A stretch of DNA of 64,000 bases from Batkoa obscura. Taxonomy: Eukaryota. The notes under the pieces are model-generated. The model saw only the letters and a program-made list of their open reading frames with translations. It had not been told where the DNA came from and did not search any database. Position numbers and translations under genes: made by a program. Shown here one piece after another: positions 1 to 12,912 of the stretch; position 1 is the first letter of the stretch; each line of letters begins with the position of its first letter. The DNA lies in NCBI GenBank assembly GCA_030770535.1, contig JASVEC010000027.1, positions 620,001 through 684,000 of the forward strand, in the 5' to 3' direction.

Positions 1-437
1 TTGTGGCCAAAATAACTTTATTAAAGATTATGTCAAAGCCTCAAATGTAAATTAGTAAACGTCGTATCTTTAATTTGCTTACCTCAAAAGCAACTTTTAA
101 ATTCCCTGAAACAGCTAATCAGGTTACTAAATACTCCCTTTGGTTTATTGAGTATTTCCGTAAAAGCCTTTTATTTGGTAAAAATGAGAAAATTATTGGT
201 TACAAAAGTAACTTTATTTTTAAATTATTCAACAAAGAATTATTTTTGGGGCTTGGCTAGCTGGTAAACTGTTTGGGTGTGTCAAGTTTTAGCAAACCTG
301 AAGATTTTAGCTAATAAACACTAGTTCAAAAAAAGTAAGTTACATGTAGCGAAATGAAACCTTCCAAAGTTTGTGGAATGGCAAACTTATATTAATAAAT
401 TAATTATGCTGTCTTCATAACTAATAAAGGTGTATAT

Positions 438-535
438 GGGGATGTATTTTTGTGTTTAAGAATTTTACTAACAATCTTTCCGCTCAAATAGCGCTTAAAG
501 GATAGAAAAAATAATGAAGCCAAAAAAGACACCCC
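438..535 (+). mobile_element. Sola-related MITE (family A)
   Basis: GGGGATG..CACCCC, conserved core TAAGAATTTTACT..CTCAAATAGCGCTTAAA. Confidence 0.85.
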
Positions 536-1120
536 TATATATTTATTGCATTTCGAGTTTAATTGCTTTCATAAATTTAGATTGGCTTTACTTCGGTTTT
601 TATTGGTTGCTTTTTTTTGAGTAGGTGTTTATTGGCCAAAACCAATCAAGTTTACTGGAATTTGGCCCAGTAAAGTTTGTTAGCTGGCCAAGTTCTTATT
701 TTCGATTAAAAATTACTGCATTTTCGCAAAGGGTTGGATATATGACAGTTCTAAATTTGCTCAAACTATGAGAATTTTTGAACAATGATTGTTATAAAAC
801 TAAGCAGAACTAAAAATCCGGCTGTAAAAACTAAAGGCAACTACAATCAAACCAAATAAAATTTATATAGTTTAGTTTCAGACATTAACCTTTTTTTTCT
901 CATATTAAATAGTACTTTGGTAGTTTGCTTTATTGTTTGTATTTAATTTCGGTTAAAATAAATGTTGAAAAAGTGATCTTTACCTTGAGTAATTTTAGAA
1001 GTATCGTATATTCAGGTTGTTATATAGATACTGTTTTAAATTGGAAGCAGGAATTCTTAAGAAAAAACTCTACCTGATCAGAACTTATTTTACATGCCTC
1101 AGATCCATTATATTGCATAT

Positions 1121-1214
1121 GGGGATATCTTTTTTTATTTCATTTATTTGCTTATTTTTTAAACGCTATTGAGTGGAAAAATTGTTGGTAGGATTTTTAC
1201 ATAAAGAAATGGCC
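1121..1214 (-). mobile_element. MITE family A, degenerate
   Basis: Partial core similarity; one end eroded. Confidence 0.5.
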
Positions 1215-2093
1215 ATGTGTCGCTTTTAGGTCATTAACTTAGTTTTTTAGTTTATTATTTAAAATTATAACCCCTAACCTCCCAATCAAACCTTAGTCAT
1301 TAATTTTTAATCAAAAATTCAATATTATAATGTTTGACATCCTTTACTGAGGCTTAATTTTGTTATTAATATGTAGGAGGCTATAAATGCCATAAAAAAT
1401 GTTACTTTTAGAAGAAATTTTAAATAATACATTTATCTACTTTACTTAACTTCTTTCATTTTTTATTCTTAACATCTTCACTCATTTCAATGGTTTCGCC
1501 CTTCATGATAGATCATTTGAGTAAAGTTTCTTACAATAACTCAAAGTTATTCCAAAATTAAAGGTTTGATTTGGGGCAGCTTAAATTCTAAAGTTTCTCA
1601 AGCTTTTAACTATGAGAAACATGGTTCTATTTAATTCCTAATATTACAATTTCACTTGAAATAGTCAAGCCTTTACTTTTAATAAAACAACTAGCAGCTA
1701 TAGTTAATAGTTTAAAAACAGAAGACATAGAGATTGATTAAGTTTGATCTCACTCAGCCTGTTTATCAGTGCCCCACATAATCAAATTTTGTTCTATTTT
1801 ATCCCCTTTTTTACAGCAAACTTATCGAAATATGACCGAAATTGAATTAATAAGGGAGCCTATTCTTACAAAATTCAATTTGTAAACCCAAATAAATCTA
1901 CATTAATTAGAATAGTTAAAAATGTAATAAAAAAGGCTATTGAACGGTCATTTGAATCAAACATTTATTAATGTATGCCTATTTTAAGAATTTTTAGAGT
2001 TAAAAATAGCCAAGTTCCATTTAAAGTTCACTTTTAAAAAGTATAAATATCTGCTTCCTCATAATTTCTTTACTTTTTACTTTTTATTTCAAA

Positions 2094-2609
2094 ATGCGCT
2101 TCAGCTTCTTTCATTTTTATAGCTATCTCATACTTTTTATTTGCATTTGTTCTATTTCAATAAACGCTGCCCCAGCCGATGATGAAAAGAAAGGTGAAGA
2201 AAGTGTTCCTAAGGAGGAACAAGCAGCCAACGTTATAATTGGTGAATGTGTAAGCAAATGTGATCCTAAAGACATATCATGCAAGGCTAAATGTTCTGGT
2301 TCTTCAGATTTAACCGCTGCTGGTATTAAAGATAAAAAGACCTGTATTGAATCTTGCTATACAAATAAAGATTTTATTGGTGATTCTACTAAAACAAACC
2401 AATGTGTAAAAGATTGTAATGCAGGAATTTCTACCCCAGCTACTGACGCTTCTGTCTCCAAGTCTGCTAATAGTACCGAAGATAAAAACAAGGCTACTCA
2501 ATCAAAGAACCCTTCAACATCCGGAGCACTATCTGAAGTAGCTTTTACAGCAAAGGCTACTGTATTATACGCATTCTTTGGTATATCCCTTTTTTATTTG
2601 ATTATATAG
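2094..2609 (+). CDS. Small secreted Cys-rich, probably GPI-anchored protein
   Basis: Hydrophobic N-terminal signal, four CxxxC pairs, Ser/Thr/Ala-rich stalk, hydrophobic C-terminal tail; TATAAA about 50 bp upstream. Confidence 0.8.
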   Translation: MRFSFFHFYSYLILFICICSISINAAPADDEKKGEESVPKEEQAANVIIGECVSKCDPKDISCKAKCSGSSDLTAAGIKDKKTCIESCYTNKDFIGDSTKTNQCVKDCNAGISTPATDASVSKSANSTEDKNKATQSKNPSTSGALSEVAFTAKATVLYAFFGISLFYLII

Positions 2610-3368
2610 TTTTACTCTGCTTTTAAGATAAGCAATAAATATTTTTTTTAAAATCAAACTTTCATTGTGTCTTAATAGAAATATAAGGATACTCTCAACA
2701 CTTTTGTTATTGTAAAGATTATAGAAAGCATTGCTACTTGGCATAATTCGTAGTAGTAGGACTATTGTCCTAGTTTAACTTACAAGTAGCTACTTACAAC
2801 GTTTAAGCTTGTTATACTTATTCTTTTAAAAATTATAATTCTTTTTATTTTCACAAGGTATTACTTTTAATCAAATGCAATGTTTTTTCTTCCCCATAGG
2901 TAAAAACTATTAATTACTATTCTTAAAATAGCACATGGTTGATAAACAGGCGTTAATAGACATGATATAAGGCGTAAAAATTGTAACAATACCCATCCCT
3001 TATAGTCAATAAACATTAAAAACTTTCGAAAATATTTGAATCTTTTAATCCTTATAATCTTCATTATTGCATTCATACTTGTAGTTACGCTTAAAATAAC
3101 TTTATCAGAGACTATGTCAAAGCCTGGGATATAAATTAGTACAGGTTACATTATTAATTCACTTAGCCTCAAACATAACCATTTGATTCCTCGAAACAGC
3201 CAATCAAATCGTTAAACAGTTTATTAAATGAAATCAAATGTACTATAGGTTTTATTAGCCTTGAGCAAAATTCAAGTTAAAAAGAATTCGCATTTATTTA
3301 ATTTTACAAATGCATTAATTATAATTATTTAAAAAGCTTTAAATTGATTTTATAAAAGAAATATTATC

Positions 3369-4818
3369 ATGGATAGCCCAGACCCGGAACTGATTGATTA
3401 CTTATATTGCCAGCTTTGTGGAAAATTTTCATTAGATCATAAAAATGTAATAAATTTTTATATCTATGACTGTAAGCACACTGTTTGTATCCATTGTGCA
3501 AATGCAGCATATAATAAAAGTAAGAATGTTTTATTTAAATAGGTGTATAAACAAATTAGCTGCTTGTTTACTCTGTAATAGGAATAGTATGAACACCCTT
3601 CTATCTACCAAGGTTTGAAGTACATAATCTTTATATGGCACTGACATAAATAAGAACTATAGGGAGACATATCATATATTTGGAAGTCTAACGTATGCCT
3701 TCAATGAAATATTGAATCTCAATGATGTGATAATATTATAACATATATATATACTAAAACCTTTAATTAGTTTCAACTAAAATACAAAAATGAGTTAATT
3801 AGGCTATTAAAAAAGAAAATAATACAACAAAGAGAAATACAACATAAAATAAAAGGATCATTTAAAAACTACAGGGATATGAAAGAGTATAATTATTTTA
3901 AAGAAAATATATTCTAATAGCTTTAGGCAAATTAAAAGTCTTCAAAATGAAAACTCAAAGCTAAAACAATCAATCAATCAATCAAGACTTTATAACCAAA
4001 AAGAATATAACACTGTCTCATACCAGTAAAAAGTACCATTTCTATATAATATACTTATGAATTATAGAAACAATGAATTAAAAGGTGTAGATCAAAACAC
4101 GAATAAGGTTTATAACTTTTTAAATTTATAACTAGACTGAATATTGTAGGAGCTTGTCAAATATAAACCGTCTAATGACTTTGTAAATCGTAAACATTTT
4201 TGTTTCGCTCGACATACATATTTATATTGTTAGGGCATTATAAAAACAACTTCCATGGTCAGATGTTACCTAGCTTCAATAGAAGGTATTTGATTATATT
4301 GTAAACTTTCAAGCCCTAATATAACAATACAAATAGTAATAGGCTAAGTTTAAAACCAGATAGTATTATTTCATCTCCCTTTAGTAAGCAGAATAGCAGC
4401 TTAATCGACCCTTATGATACAAGCCAGAACAACAATGTAAAAGCATCAAAGCTGTACCTGAAAAATAACTTTGATGCAGTACGTAATAAGCATATCTCTA
4501 TATACAACTCTCCACCTTCAAATAATAATCCTAATTTTAACAATTATACATTTCAAAACGGGCTGACTGTGGATCCACAATTAAAGGAAGAAAATATAAG
4601 AAGTAGGGGATACAAAATGGTTAGTAGAGAACAACCTTGGAATAATTATCATAAAGTTGAGAAATGGCTTGAAAGTAAATTTATTTATTCATAAAAAATA
4701 AAGCTTAACAATATAAGGTGATACTGAAAGATTTACAGATAAAAACCAAGACTACCCAATGACTGTTTTATCTACTAAAACTCCTATTGTACGACAGACG
4801 CCTAACTTCCTTAAATAA
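3369..4818 (+). CDS. Zip3/RNF212-like RING finger plus coiled-coil protein (multi-exon)
   Basis: Manual splicing gives MDSPDPELIDYLYCQLC..FYIYDCKHTVCIHC..ACLLC, then ..FQLKYKNELIRLLKKK.. coiled coil; short GT-AG introns; later exon boundaries approximate; absent from the ORF track. Confidence 0.65.
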
Positions 4819-5147
4819 TTATGCTATTTATTATTAAAAGCTTTTCATTAATACTGTTATAAACCTATAAAGCTACTTGTTTATTATTATTTTGTATAAA
4901 ATTAATCGGTTAATAGCATGTAAAAGAGATTCATTTAAATTTTACTTTAATAAATTGTACTAAGGCTTATTTATATTAAATAGTTAAGGCAAATAGGGCA
5001 TTGTTTAAATAGAATTTACTATTTGTAAATATTTTACTTATAGAAATAGGAGCAAACAGTCATAATAACTATTTTTGAATACAATCTTCTAAGAAGCAAT
5101 GATATTTATAATAATTGAATTTTACAATATTTTATTAGCTACATTTT

Positions 5148-6395
5148 TTAATTACGGATGCCATTAGCAACGTTCAACAATTCATCATTAAAATCTTGAG
5201 CCATGTCCCAGTACATGACACCACGAAGATTCTTCTTTTTAGCATAATCAACTTTAACCTTAAGTGATTGAGGATCATCATAAGAAATGAATTTCTTTTG
5301 AGCATTAGAAAATAACCATGGAGTTTGAGTAACATTATCAAAGTAACGGTTGAAGCCATTTCCTGGGGAAAGTGGTCCCCCAGTTAGAATATCTTGACGC
5401 AAATATTTATATTTATAAACACCAGAGTAGAAAGTACCTTCATTACAGAAGAAATTTGGATCATTAGCATCTGAAGAATCGCCTTTTGGAGTGACTGGTT
5501 CTTTTTTAACATATTGGTTAGAAGGATCTTTACTCATATCAACCTGTGGAGTTAAAGTACGTCCGTAAAATGCAAGTCCAGAGGTCAATTTATTAGCAGG
5601 GAATCCAGCAGCTAACCAATCATCAACACCTTGAGTAAATGAGAAAGGATCTCCACCACGAGCAGTATCATAATTATAAGGAGCATTTGGACCGGTGGTA
5701 GCAGACCATGAACCCATAATATCATAAGCCATAATATTAATGAAGTCAAAGTATTGAGCATAAGCAGATACATCAGTCATTGGTTTGCCATCTGCACCAT
5801 CAAATGGCTTAACACGAACAGCAGCAGTAAGTAATTTACGGTTGTTTGGGAATTCTTTGTCTAAGGCAGCACGCAATTCTTTAAGTAAGATAAGGTAATT
5901 AGCAGAATCATTTGGAGAAACGACATTACATTTAGCAGCAGCTCTACCTGGATATTCCCAATCAAGATCAATACCATCTAAATCCCAGCCATCTGGGTTT
6001 GTTTCCCAATCTGGTTTGGTATTTTTACGTACAAAGACTAAAGCATTATCAATGAATTTAGCACGTAAAGCAGGAGAAGCAGCAACGGTAGAGAAAGTTT
6101 GAGAACCTGTCCAACCACCAATGGAAATTAAAACTTTAACCCCTTTGGCAGCGGCTAAGGTTTTTAATTTACGAATACGATTACCATCGTAGTAACGATC
6201 AATGAAGATAGATGCTGGATCATCTTTTTTATATAGTACACCGAAACCATAATTGATATGAGTTACTTTGCTATAACTCAAAGCTTCAGGTTCAACTTTA
6301 CCCCAAGGCACATAGTAACCAACAACTACTTTATCTTGGGCTGCTACAGCAGAGCATAAACTAAAGATTGATAATAAAATGTTATTCAATTTCAT
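5148..6395 (-). CDS. Secreted GH18 chitinase (Chi1), catalytic domain only
   Basis: Signal peptide, SIGGW, DGIDLDWEYP, MAYD, ISYDD, MYWD motifs. Confidence 0.95.
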   Translation of the reverse strand: MKLNNILLSIFSLCSAVAAQDKVVVGYYVPWGKVEPEALSYSKVTHINYGFGVLYKKDDPASIFIDRYYDGNRIRKLKTLAAAKGVKVLISIGGWTGSQTFSTVAASPALRAKFIDNALVFVRKNTKPDWETNPDGWDLDGIDLDWEYPGRAAAKCNVVSPNDSANYLILLKELRAALDKEFPNNRKLLTAAVRVKPFDGADGKPMTDVSAYAQYFDFINIMAYDIMGSWSATTGPNAPYNYDTARGGDPFSFTQGVDDWLAAGFPANKLTSGLAFYGRTLTPQVDMSKDPSNQYVKKEPVTPKGDSSDANDPNFFCNEGTFYSGVYKYKYLRQDILTGGPLSPGNGFNRYFDNVTQTPWLFSNAQKKFISYDDPQSLKVKVDYAKKKNLRGVMYWDMAQDFNDELLNVANGIRN

Positions 6396-7497
6396 TATTA
6401 AGTGAATTGATAATTTTTGAATTGGAGATAAATGGTAGTATTTATACTCATTTGTGAGTTAGAGGATTTGTAGCTGTTTGCCATTGAATTATACAAAACT
6501 AAGTATTAAAAAAGGGGATTTGGAATAATAATGTAATATTAATCATGAGGTTGGATATGTTAGTCATTAAGTTTGATAGTGCTAATAAATAATACAGTTG
6601 ATTGGAATAATAAATTTGATAGTAAATGGTAGAGCAGGAGCTATATTTGTTAATAAACTAAGCCTATCAATTTTAATGCTATGTGACTTTCATCTGACCC
6701 TTTTAAAGTATTATTGCAAAAATAATTTATTCTGAATTAAATTTTAAGTAAATTCTATTTATTCTATGTTTTTCTATGATACTCTTATATGCTGTCTTAG
6801 TGTAATAGTAAATTCAAAATTATTAATATTAGTAAGTAAAACTTATTTATTATTATCATTCGTCTATCTTAGCGACTAATGATGATAACTAAGAGGCTAT
6901 TCTGGCAGTTATTAATTCTCCTTTAAAGATTTTATATATAAAATTTCATTTTATAAACTTAGTAGATCAAGCTAAACTTAGATTCCTAAAGAATAGTTTA
7001 ATATTAAATCCTAAAAAAGATACTTACCCTAAATATTAGTTTAATACTCACCTTTTAGTCGATATCCACCTTGTCTAATATAGGTGAGATCAAAATCTTG
7101 ATATCAAAGTGGATTATGATTGGCTAGGTGTCAAATGTTCATTTCATAATAGATAGTGACTTCAATTAAATATTTTAGAATCAGTTTGATTAAATGTTAT
7201 CAAAGATTGTAGTATAAATCTTTACATTAATTTATGTGTTAAATATAAAAGTTTGTTTTGACCATGATAAGCTACAAAGAGTGCCATTTTTGGACTGTGG
7301 TTACCAAACAACTCATGATTTATTAATTATGAATTACAGTGAATAAATTTAATTGGAAGCTTTATTATTATTTAGAAATAAATAAACAATACAGCATAAT
7401 GATAATATGTATGTTTCGCGCCCTGAGTATAGCTGAACCTTAAGACGTTCTAAGCATAGAAGGTCTGCTTTCCAAATAGAAAAAAAATTCACTATAT

Positions 7498-7596
7498 GAG
7501 GATGTTTTTTTTGGTTTCATCACTTTTTCCATTTTTTAAGCGCCATTTGAGCAGAAAGATTATTAGTAAAATTCTTAAACAAAAAAACACATCCCC
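7498..7596 (-). mobile_element. MITE family A
   Basis: Core match; ATAT TSD. Confidence 0.88.
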
Positions 7597-8117
7597 ATAT
7601 GTTTATTTATAGTTTTAGTAAAAGTAAAAAAATGTTAAGCTACTAGACTTCTCAGGCAAAAATTTAATAAGTCTACTTTAACTGCTTTATTTTTTTAGTT
7701 TCGTTTAAATCTGTAATTGGTATAGAGCATAAAATACGGGAGAGTAAATAATAACTATGTAACTTGTTTTGATAAAAGCACTTGCTAAAAAATGAATTAG
7801 CCAATAGAATCTATAAAATCAGGTCAGGTAGCTTTATGATTAATTTTTGATTTTGAATTGCAATTTATTTTTTTAGAGTTCTTATTCTAAACCTTGTAGT
7901 TTTTTTTGTTTTTACAAATAAAAATATGATTTTAAAGCAAAAACATTCTATCTTATTTATATTAGTTTATTTAAATTTATTGCTATTAAATCATACATCG
8001 TTTTAAATATACAACTTATTATATAAATATATATATTTTATAAAATTAAGATTTTAAATTTAAAATTGATTTTCGCAAATTTGATCTAATTTTGAAAAAA
8101 AAACTAACGAATCATAT

Positions 8118-8216
8118 GGAGCTGCATTTTTGTATTTAAGAATTTTACTAACAATTTTTCCACTTAAATAGTACTTAAAAGATGGAAAAAGCGATGAACT
8201 CAAAAAAAACACTCCC
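8118..8216 (+). mobile_element. MITE family A
   Basis: Core match; ATAT TSD. Confidence 0.88.
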
Positions 8217-8536
8217 ATATACTATTTGGTAAGTACTTATCAAATCATGTCACAACTATTTAGACACTCTCTAAAGTACATATTAATGGTAAATGATAAT
8301 AATAGAGTCTTTAATTTATATTGTTTAATATTCGATATATTATCATAAGTTTTATTTATAGATTAGATAAAATAAGATGACATTTTATTACTATTGTCTG
8401 AAAAGAATGTAAACCGAAGGTGCTTGATGTATTGAAATAGTAGATCCACAATAATGTAGGATTACAATTCAAAGTAAACAAATTAATAAGGTGTTATGTT
8501 GTTTTTTTCAAAAATACCATTTTACTATATTTATTT

Positions 8537-8632
8537 GGGGCTGTATTTTTTTGTTTAAGAATTTTACTAATAATCTTTCCGCTCAAATAGCGCTTAAAAA
8601 TGTAAAAAGTGATGAAATCAAAAAACATCCCC
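8537..8632 (+). mobile_element. MITE family A
   Basis: Core match; flanks ATTT/ATTC. Confidence 0.85.
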
Positions 8633-9616
8633 ATTCATTGTTAAACTTTCTCTATAAATTAATTTTCGCTATTAATCAAATTTAAAAATTCCTTTATAAT
8701 AAAATATAGCTGTTGACTTATATCATACTTGTAATATATCATTTGGTAGGTTTGTTTGTTTGTTTGTCTTGAGACCAATATTAATCATGTAATAATATAA
8801 TATTTTTTCATAAATTAAGGGCTACTTCTTTATTTCTATTCATTTTAACTAATATTAATATATGTTAATGAACCATTCAGGAGCTAACATCCTTTCAATA
8901 ATATAAAAAATATTAATATGTGAACAAACTGATGATAGATGTGATTTCATTCTTAAATATAAAATTATAATTTAAATTAAAGGTGCAATTTATACTATGT
9001 CATTTTTATATAAAATCGGATTTTAAGACTAAAGGTTTTATATGTTAAAATGTTGTCTAAAATATTGGTTTATAACAATTATATCATTAAGCTTTCTATT
9101 TTAACCGAAATATTACTCTCTTCTTTTTTAACATTGATCACTATATTGTATTTATTTTTAAATTATCTCTAAAAAAAATTCAAAATTATTATCATTTTAA
9201 ATTGGCATAAAAAGTAAATTAGTTTGTGGTGAAATATAAAAATATAAAGTAATAAAAATTCAAATATAAACAAAAGTCTAAGAATTTCTAAATCTACGTA
9301 GTTAATAGATAACTCATATTATATCATTTTTTTCAAAAAGTTTTAGTTAACATTAAAAAATTACTTCAAAATCCGTTAAAGTTTTTAAAAAAAAAGCTTA
9401 AAATTGCTAGTTTTAATTAAATAAAATAATGTACATTGAGCTTATGTTATAGCTCCTTGCTAATATAATTTTTGCATTTTATTGGTAACTAATATGCATA
9501 CTATATAACCAGCCATATTATAAGATGGCCTATAATACATATATATATTCAATAGGTTCTATAAGAATCTATAGAGTATAGTATCTGTGAAACTTAAAAA
9601 ACAAAGTAATATATGG

Positions 9617-10097
9617 TGTGAAATATCGCTTCATTAGCTCTAGGATTGCTTATAATATAATAATCAGTTCAGAGTTCCTTATATAGATTTGCTGTGAGAA
9701 TTGCTACCACCTGATCACGAAGAACTTATTGCCCACGTTTTAATGTCCATACTTGCCAACTATAATAAATTATAACTGTTATCATGTTCCGTATATACAG
9801 CCACCCAGTTGGAGTATAAAAGAGATTCTTCAACATAATAACCCAAGGGTTTTTAACTAAATTATTCCCTGATATTGTACTATTAATAAGCCCACTAAGT
9901 CTTTCTGACAATATTTTACATAGATTTTACAGTAGTACTGTCTATTCTATTTGTTTTACATAGTTCATAGCCTATTGTGCACTATTCTTACTAATTTAAG
10001 TCTATCTTAGTTACATAAACTAAGACTGTTCGACTCAAGGCAAGTTAATCAACCAAGAACTGCTTTTAACTCCTACCACTGAGTACCAACTTTCACA
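9617..10097 (+). mobile_element. Solo LTR, same gypsy lineage
   Basis: TGTGAAA...TTTCACA, similarity to the full LTR, ATGG TSD. Confidence 0.9.
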
Positions 10098-10099
10098 AT

Positions 10100-10195
10100 G
10101 GGGATGTATTTTTTTGTTTAAGAATTTTACTCAATTTTTTCGCTCAAATAGTGCTTAAAAAATGAAAAAGTGATGAAGCTAAAAAAAACATCACC
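10100..10195 (+). mobile_element. MITE family A, left junction hit by solo LTR
   Basis: Core match; reconstructed flanks ATAT/ATTT. Confidence 0.88.
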
Positions 10196-10354
10196 ATTTG
10201 TTTGTTTAGTTTTTTTAAAGCATAATCCTCAGACTTTAACTAAATTTGTGTCGAAAGTCTAACTTTTATAATGAACAGTTAGTTCCTACACAATCAAACT
10301 TAAACAACTGTAAAATATTGTTATTAAATTAATTTTATGATTGATCAAATATAT

Positions 10355-10451
10355 GATGATGTTTTTTTTGGTTTCATTGCCTTTTCCATTTTTTAAGCGC
10401 TATTTGAGCGAAAAAATTGAGTAAAATCCTTAAACAAAAAAATACATCCCC
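10355..10451 (-). mobile_element. MITE family A
   Basis: Core match; ATAT TSD. Confidence 0.88.
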
Positions 10452-10873
10452 ATATCCTATAATTTAATAATAGTAATAAAATGCAAAAGCAGTTAGCAAT
10501 AATTATTTTATTAATCAAAATAGGTTGAATAGAGGTTCAAAAACTAATATACTAAATATTAAAATTATCTAATACAATAGAACATTTACAATATCCGTTT
10601 TAAGCAAGCTGATAAAAATAAACAGCTTTAAATTAAATATTCTTAAAAATAAAAAGCTATTAGAACAATTGCCTCTGTGTCAGTTATATCTTTGTAAATA
10701 ATATGAGAATATAGCTCTTATCTAATAATTGTACTATCTTTGTTCCTATGTTTGTTTACCATTTAAGTATATTATGATTGCTACAAGATTTTGTAATAAG
10801 TAGCCATATTACAAGTAATATAAAAACATTTGATTTTGATTTTATAAAAAATTACTTTTAATAAAAAATCACG

Positions 10874-11851
10874 ATGATTTTAAGTGGCAGATTTAAATCT
10901 TTTAATATAATTATTATCCTTGGACTTATTACTATAGTATCAATTATTTTAATAATTTCAGAAGAGGAAATAAAACAGACATTAAATAATCAATTGTTTA
11001 AAACTGAACGAACTGAACGACTCAAGCAAATAATTAAAAGGGAGACGGTACTTAATCAGAACTCAGTAAAGAGATCAAATAGAAAACCAGGGAAAGCCAG
11101 ATTAACGAATCGAGAAATACGAATGCCAAAGTCAATCTACATGACAGCACGGGATAGAAAAGATGTTGGTTATGATGTTTTAGTCTCATGGAGAACGCAT
11201 AACCCATTTTATAAAATAAAGGTTTATAATGATGTTGAAATTGATAGTATCGTACGCATAAATATGCCAAAGGATATTTATGAAGCCTTTAAATCTCTCC
11301 CAATGCCTGTACTTAAAGCGGATTACTTTAGGTATATTGCTTTATATTTATATGGTGGTACTTATACGGATACAGACACTTTATGCGTTACTCCAATTGA
11401 CACATGGAATAATAGAGCACCAGGCGTAAATATGATTATTTCAATTGAAGCTTATAATGCAGATATTAATTTTAAATGTGAAAAGCCTAACGATTATGCA
11501 AGAGGGGTTCAATTTATTCAATGGACTTTTTCATCAGTTAAAAGACATCCAATACTATGGAATGTTATTAATAGAATTAAAAATATTACTCCAAAAATGA
11601 TTGTAAAAAGGAATCGAAGTGACTGTGATGTTTTAGATTGGACAGGACCTGGAATTTGGTCCGATGCTATCCTTGATTATCTTAATATTACTGATGTTAC
11701 AAAATTTAACATTCAAAGACCAATGTTATATAAAGATGTATATATTTTACCAACAGAAGGATTTAAAGGATCAAGATACTATCATCCAGAAACTAAAGTC
11801 CAGCATTTATTTTCAGGTAGTTGGAAAAATAAAATAAGTAAAATAAATTAG
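10874..11851 (+). CDS. GT32 glycosyltransferase, Och1-like alpha-mannosyltransferase
   Basis: Type II TM anchor, LKADYFRY..YLYGGTYTDTD (DXD), QFIQW, WTGPGIW, HLFSGSWK. Confidence 0.88.
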   Translation: MILSGRFKSFNIIIILGLITIVSIILIISEEEIKQTLNNQLFKTERTERLKQIIKRETVLNQNSVKRSNRKPGKARLTNREIRMPKSIYMTARDRKDVGYDVLVSWRTHNPFYKIKVYNDVEIDSIVRINMPKDIYEAFKSLPMPVLKADYFRYIALYLYGGTYTDTDTLCVTPIDTWNNRAPGVNMIISIEAYNADINFKCEKPNDYARGVQFIQWTFSSVKRHPILWNVINRIKNITPKMIVKRNRSDCDVLDWTGPGIWSDAILDYLNITDVTKFNIQRPMLYKDVYILPTEGFKGSRYYHPETKVQHLFSGSWKNKISKIN

Positions 11852-12484
11852 ATCGTTCATTTAATCTAATGCTGTGCCATATTTTATTTAGAACAATTTT
11901 TTGATAAATAATAAATACATGTTTATATTACTCTTTTATTTTCTAATTTTTCTACAACTTTCAAGTAAAGTAAAACTGATAATAAGGATAGTAGAAATGT
12001 TATAATCAATGTATTATCACAAAAAGCTACAAACAAATAACAATGCCAAGCATCTTGATGTATAACTTTTAATTTGTAAAGAACAATAAATAATGTTACA
12101 TTACGTATAAAATAATTATTTTAGTTCCGAGAATAACTTAAAATCATCCAACAGCAAAGTAGTTGATTTATTATTTAAATGGAAATCTTTAACCACTTAC
12201 TAAACTTACACTACCTAAATTAGTTACTATATTGAAGCGTAGTTATATTAAAAATAATAAGGTATTACAACACTAACCAAAAATTTGGATTTAATTTTTT
12301 ATTCCTTTTTTGTTGTATGTACACCAAGCTAATAAAGAACATAGAGACACTAAAAGAAATAGCTATAGATATTTAAAAAACTCAGGAAATACCCACACGT
12401 TTGTCAAAGTAAATTGTATATTTGATTATTTATAACATTAGACATAATATAGTAAACATTAGAATAAATGAGATGGAGCTCTAT

Positions 12485-12650
12485 TATAACAGCTTGCAGC
12501 TAGATGGCTTTTGCTGTTTTTACTTTGTAGTCGAAATTTTTTATTATGAGTTTAAGAATTATAGCTTTTCCTTATATCCTTAAATTCATACTAAAATTTT
12601 TCAGCCCCAAATTAAAAACAACAAAAGACATCTAACCGCAAAGTGTTCTA
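12485..12650. mobile_element. MITE family B copy
   Basis: AACAGCTTGCAGCTAGATG..CATCTAACCGCAAAGTGTTCTA, same size as the 36013 copy. Confidence 0.6.
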
Positions 12651-12912
12651 AGTCTAGCAATATATTCGTTAAAGAAAAATTAAATTGAACCAATTTTGAT
12701 TTAAATGAAATGGAATTTAGAATTATCCAACTTTGGTTGAAATCTAGACTCAAAATAATTTAAAACAACTTAAGTATTAGTGTATTTGTAATCAAATACT
12801 TATTTTTAACCTTATTGATAAAAGGTAATAAGATTATTAAACAAATTGATAATAAGATAAAGCAATATATATAATTTAAAGGATTTATTTAAAAAAAAAA
12901 GAAATATAAACA

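Noticed and set aside
1281..1576. Possible foldback element (AATCAAACCTT/AAGGTTTGATT)
   Set aside because: Short IR, single copy, no clear TSD.
5174..5359. Conserved 61-aa alternate-frame ORF, also at 58262-58447
   Set aside because: Its conservation follows from nucleotide identity of Chi1 and Chi4.
8491..8685. Short ORFs 8491-8685, 28210-28419, 30006-30254, 9726-9911
   Set aside because: They overlap MITEs or an LTR and mostly have non-ATG starts; treated as spurious.
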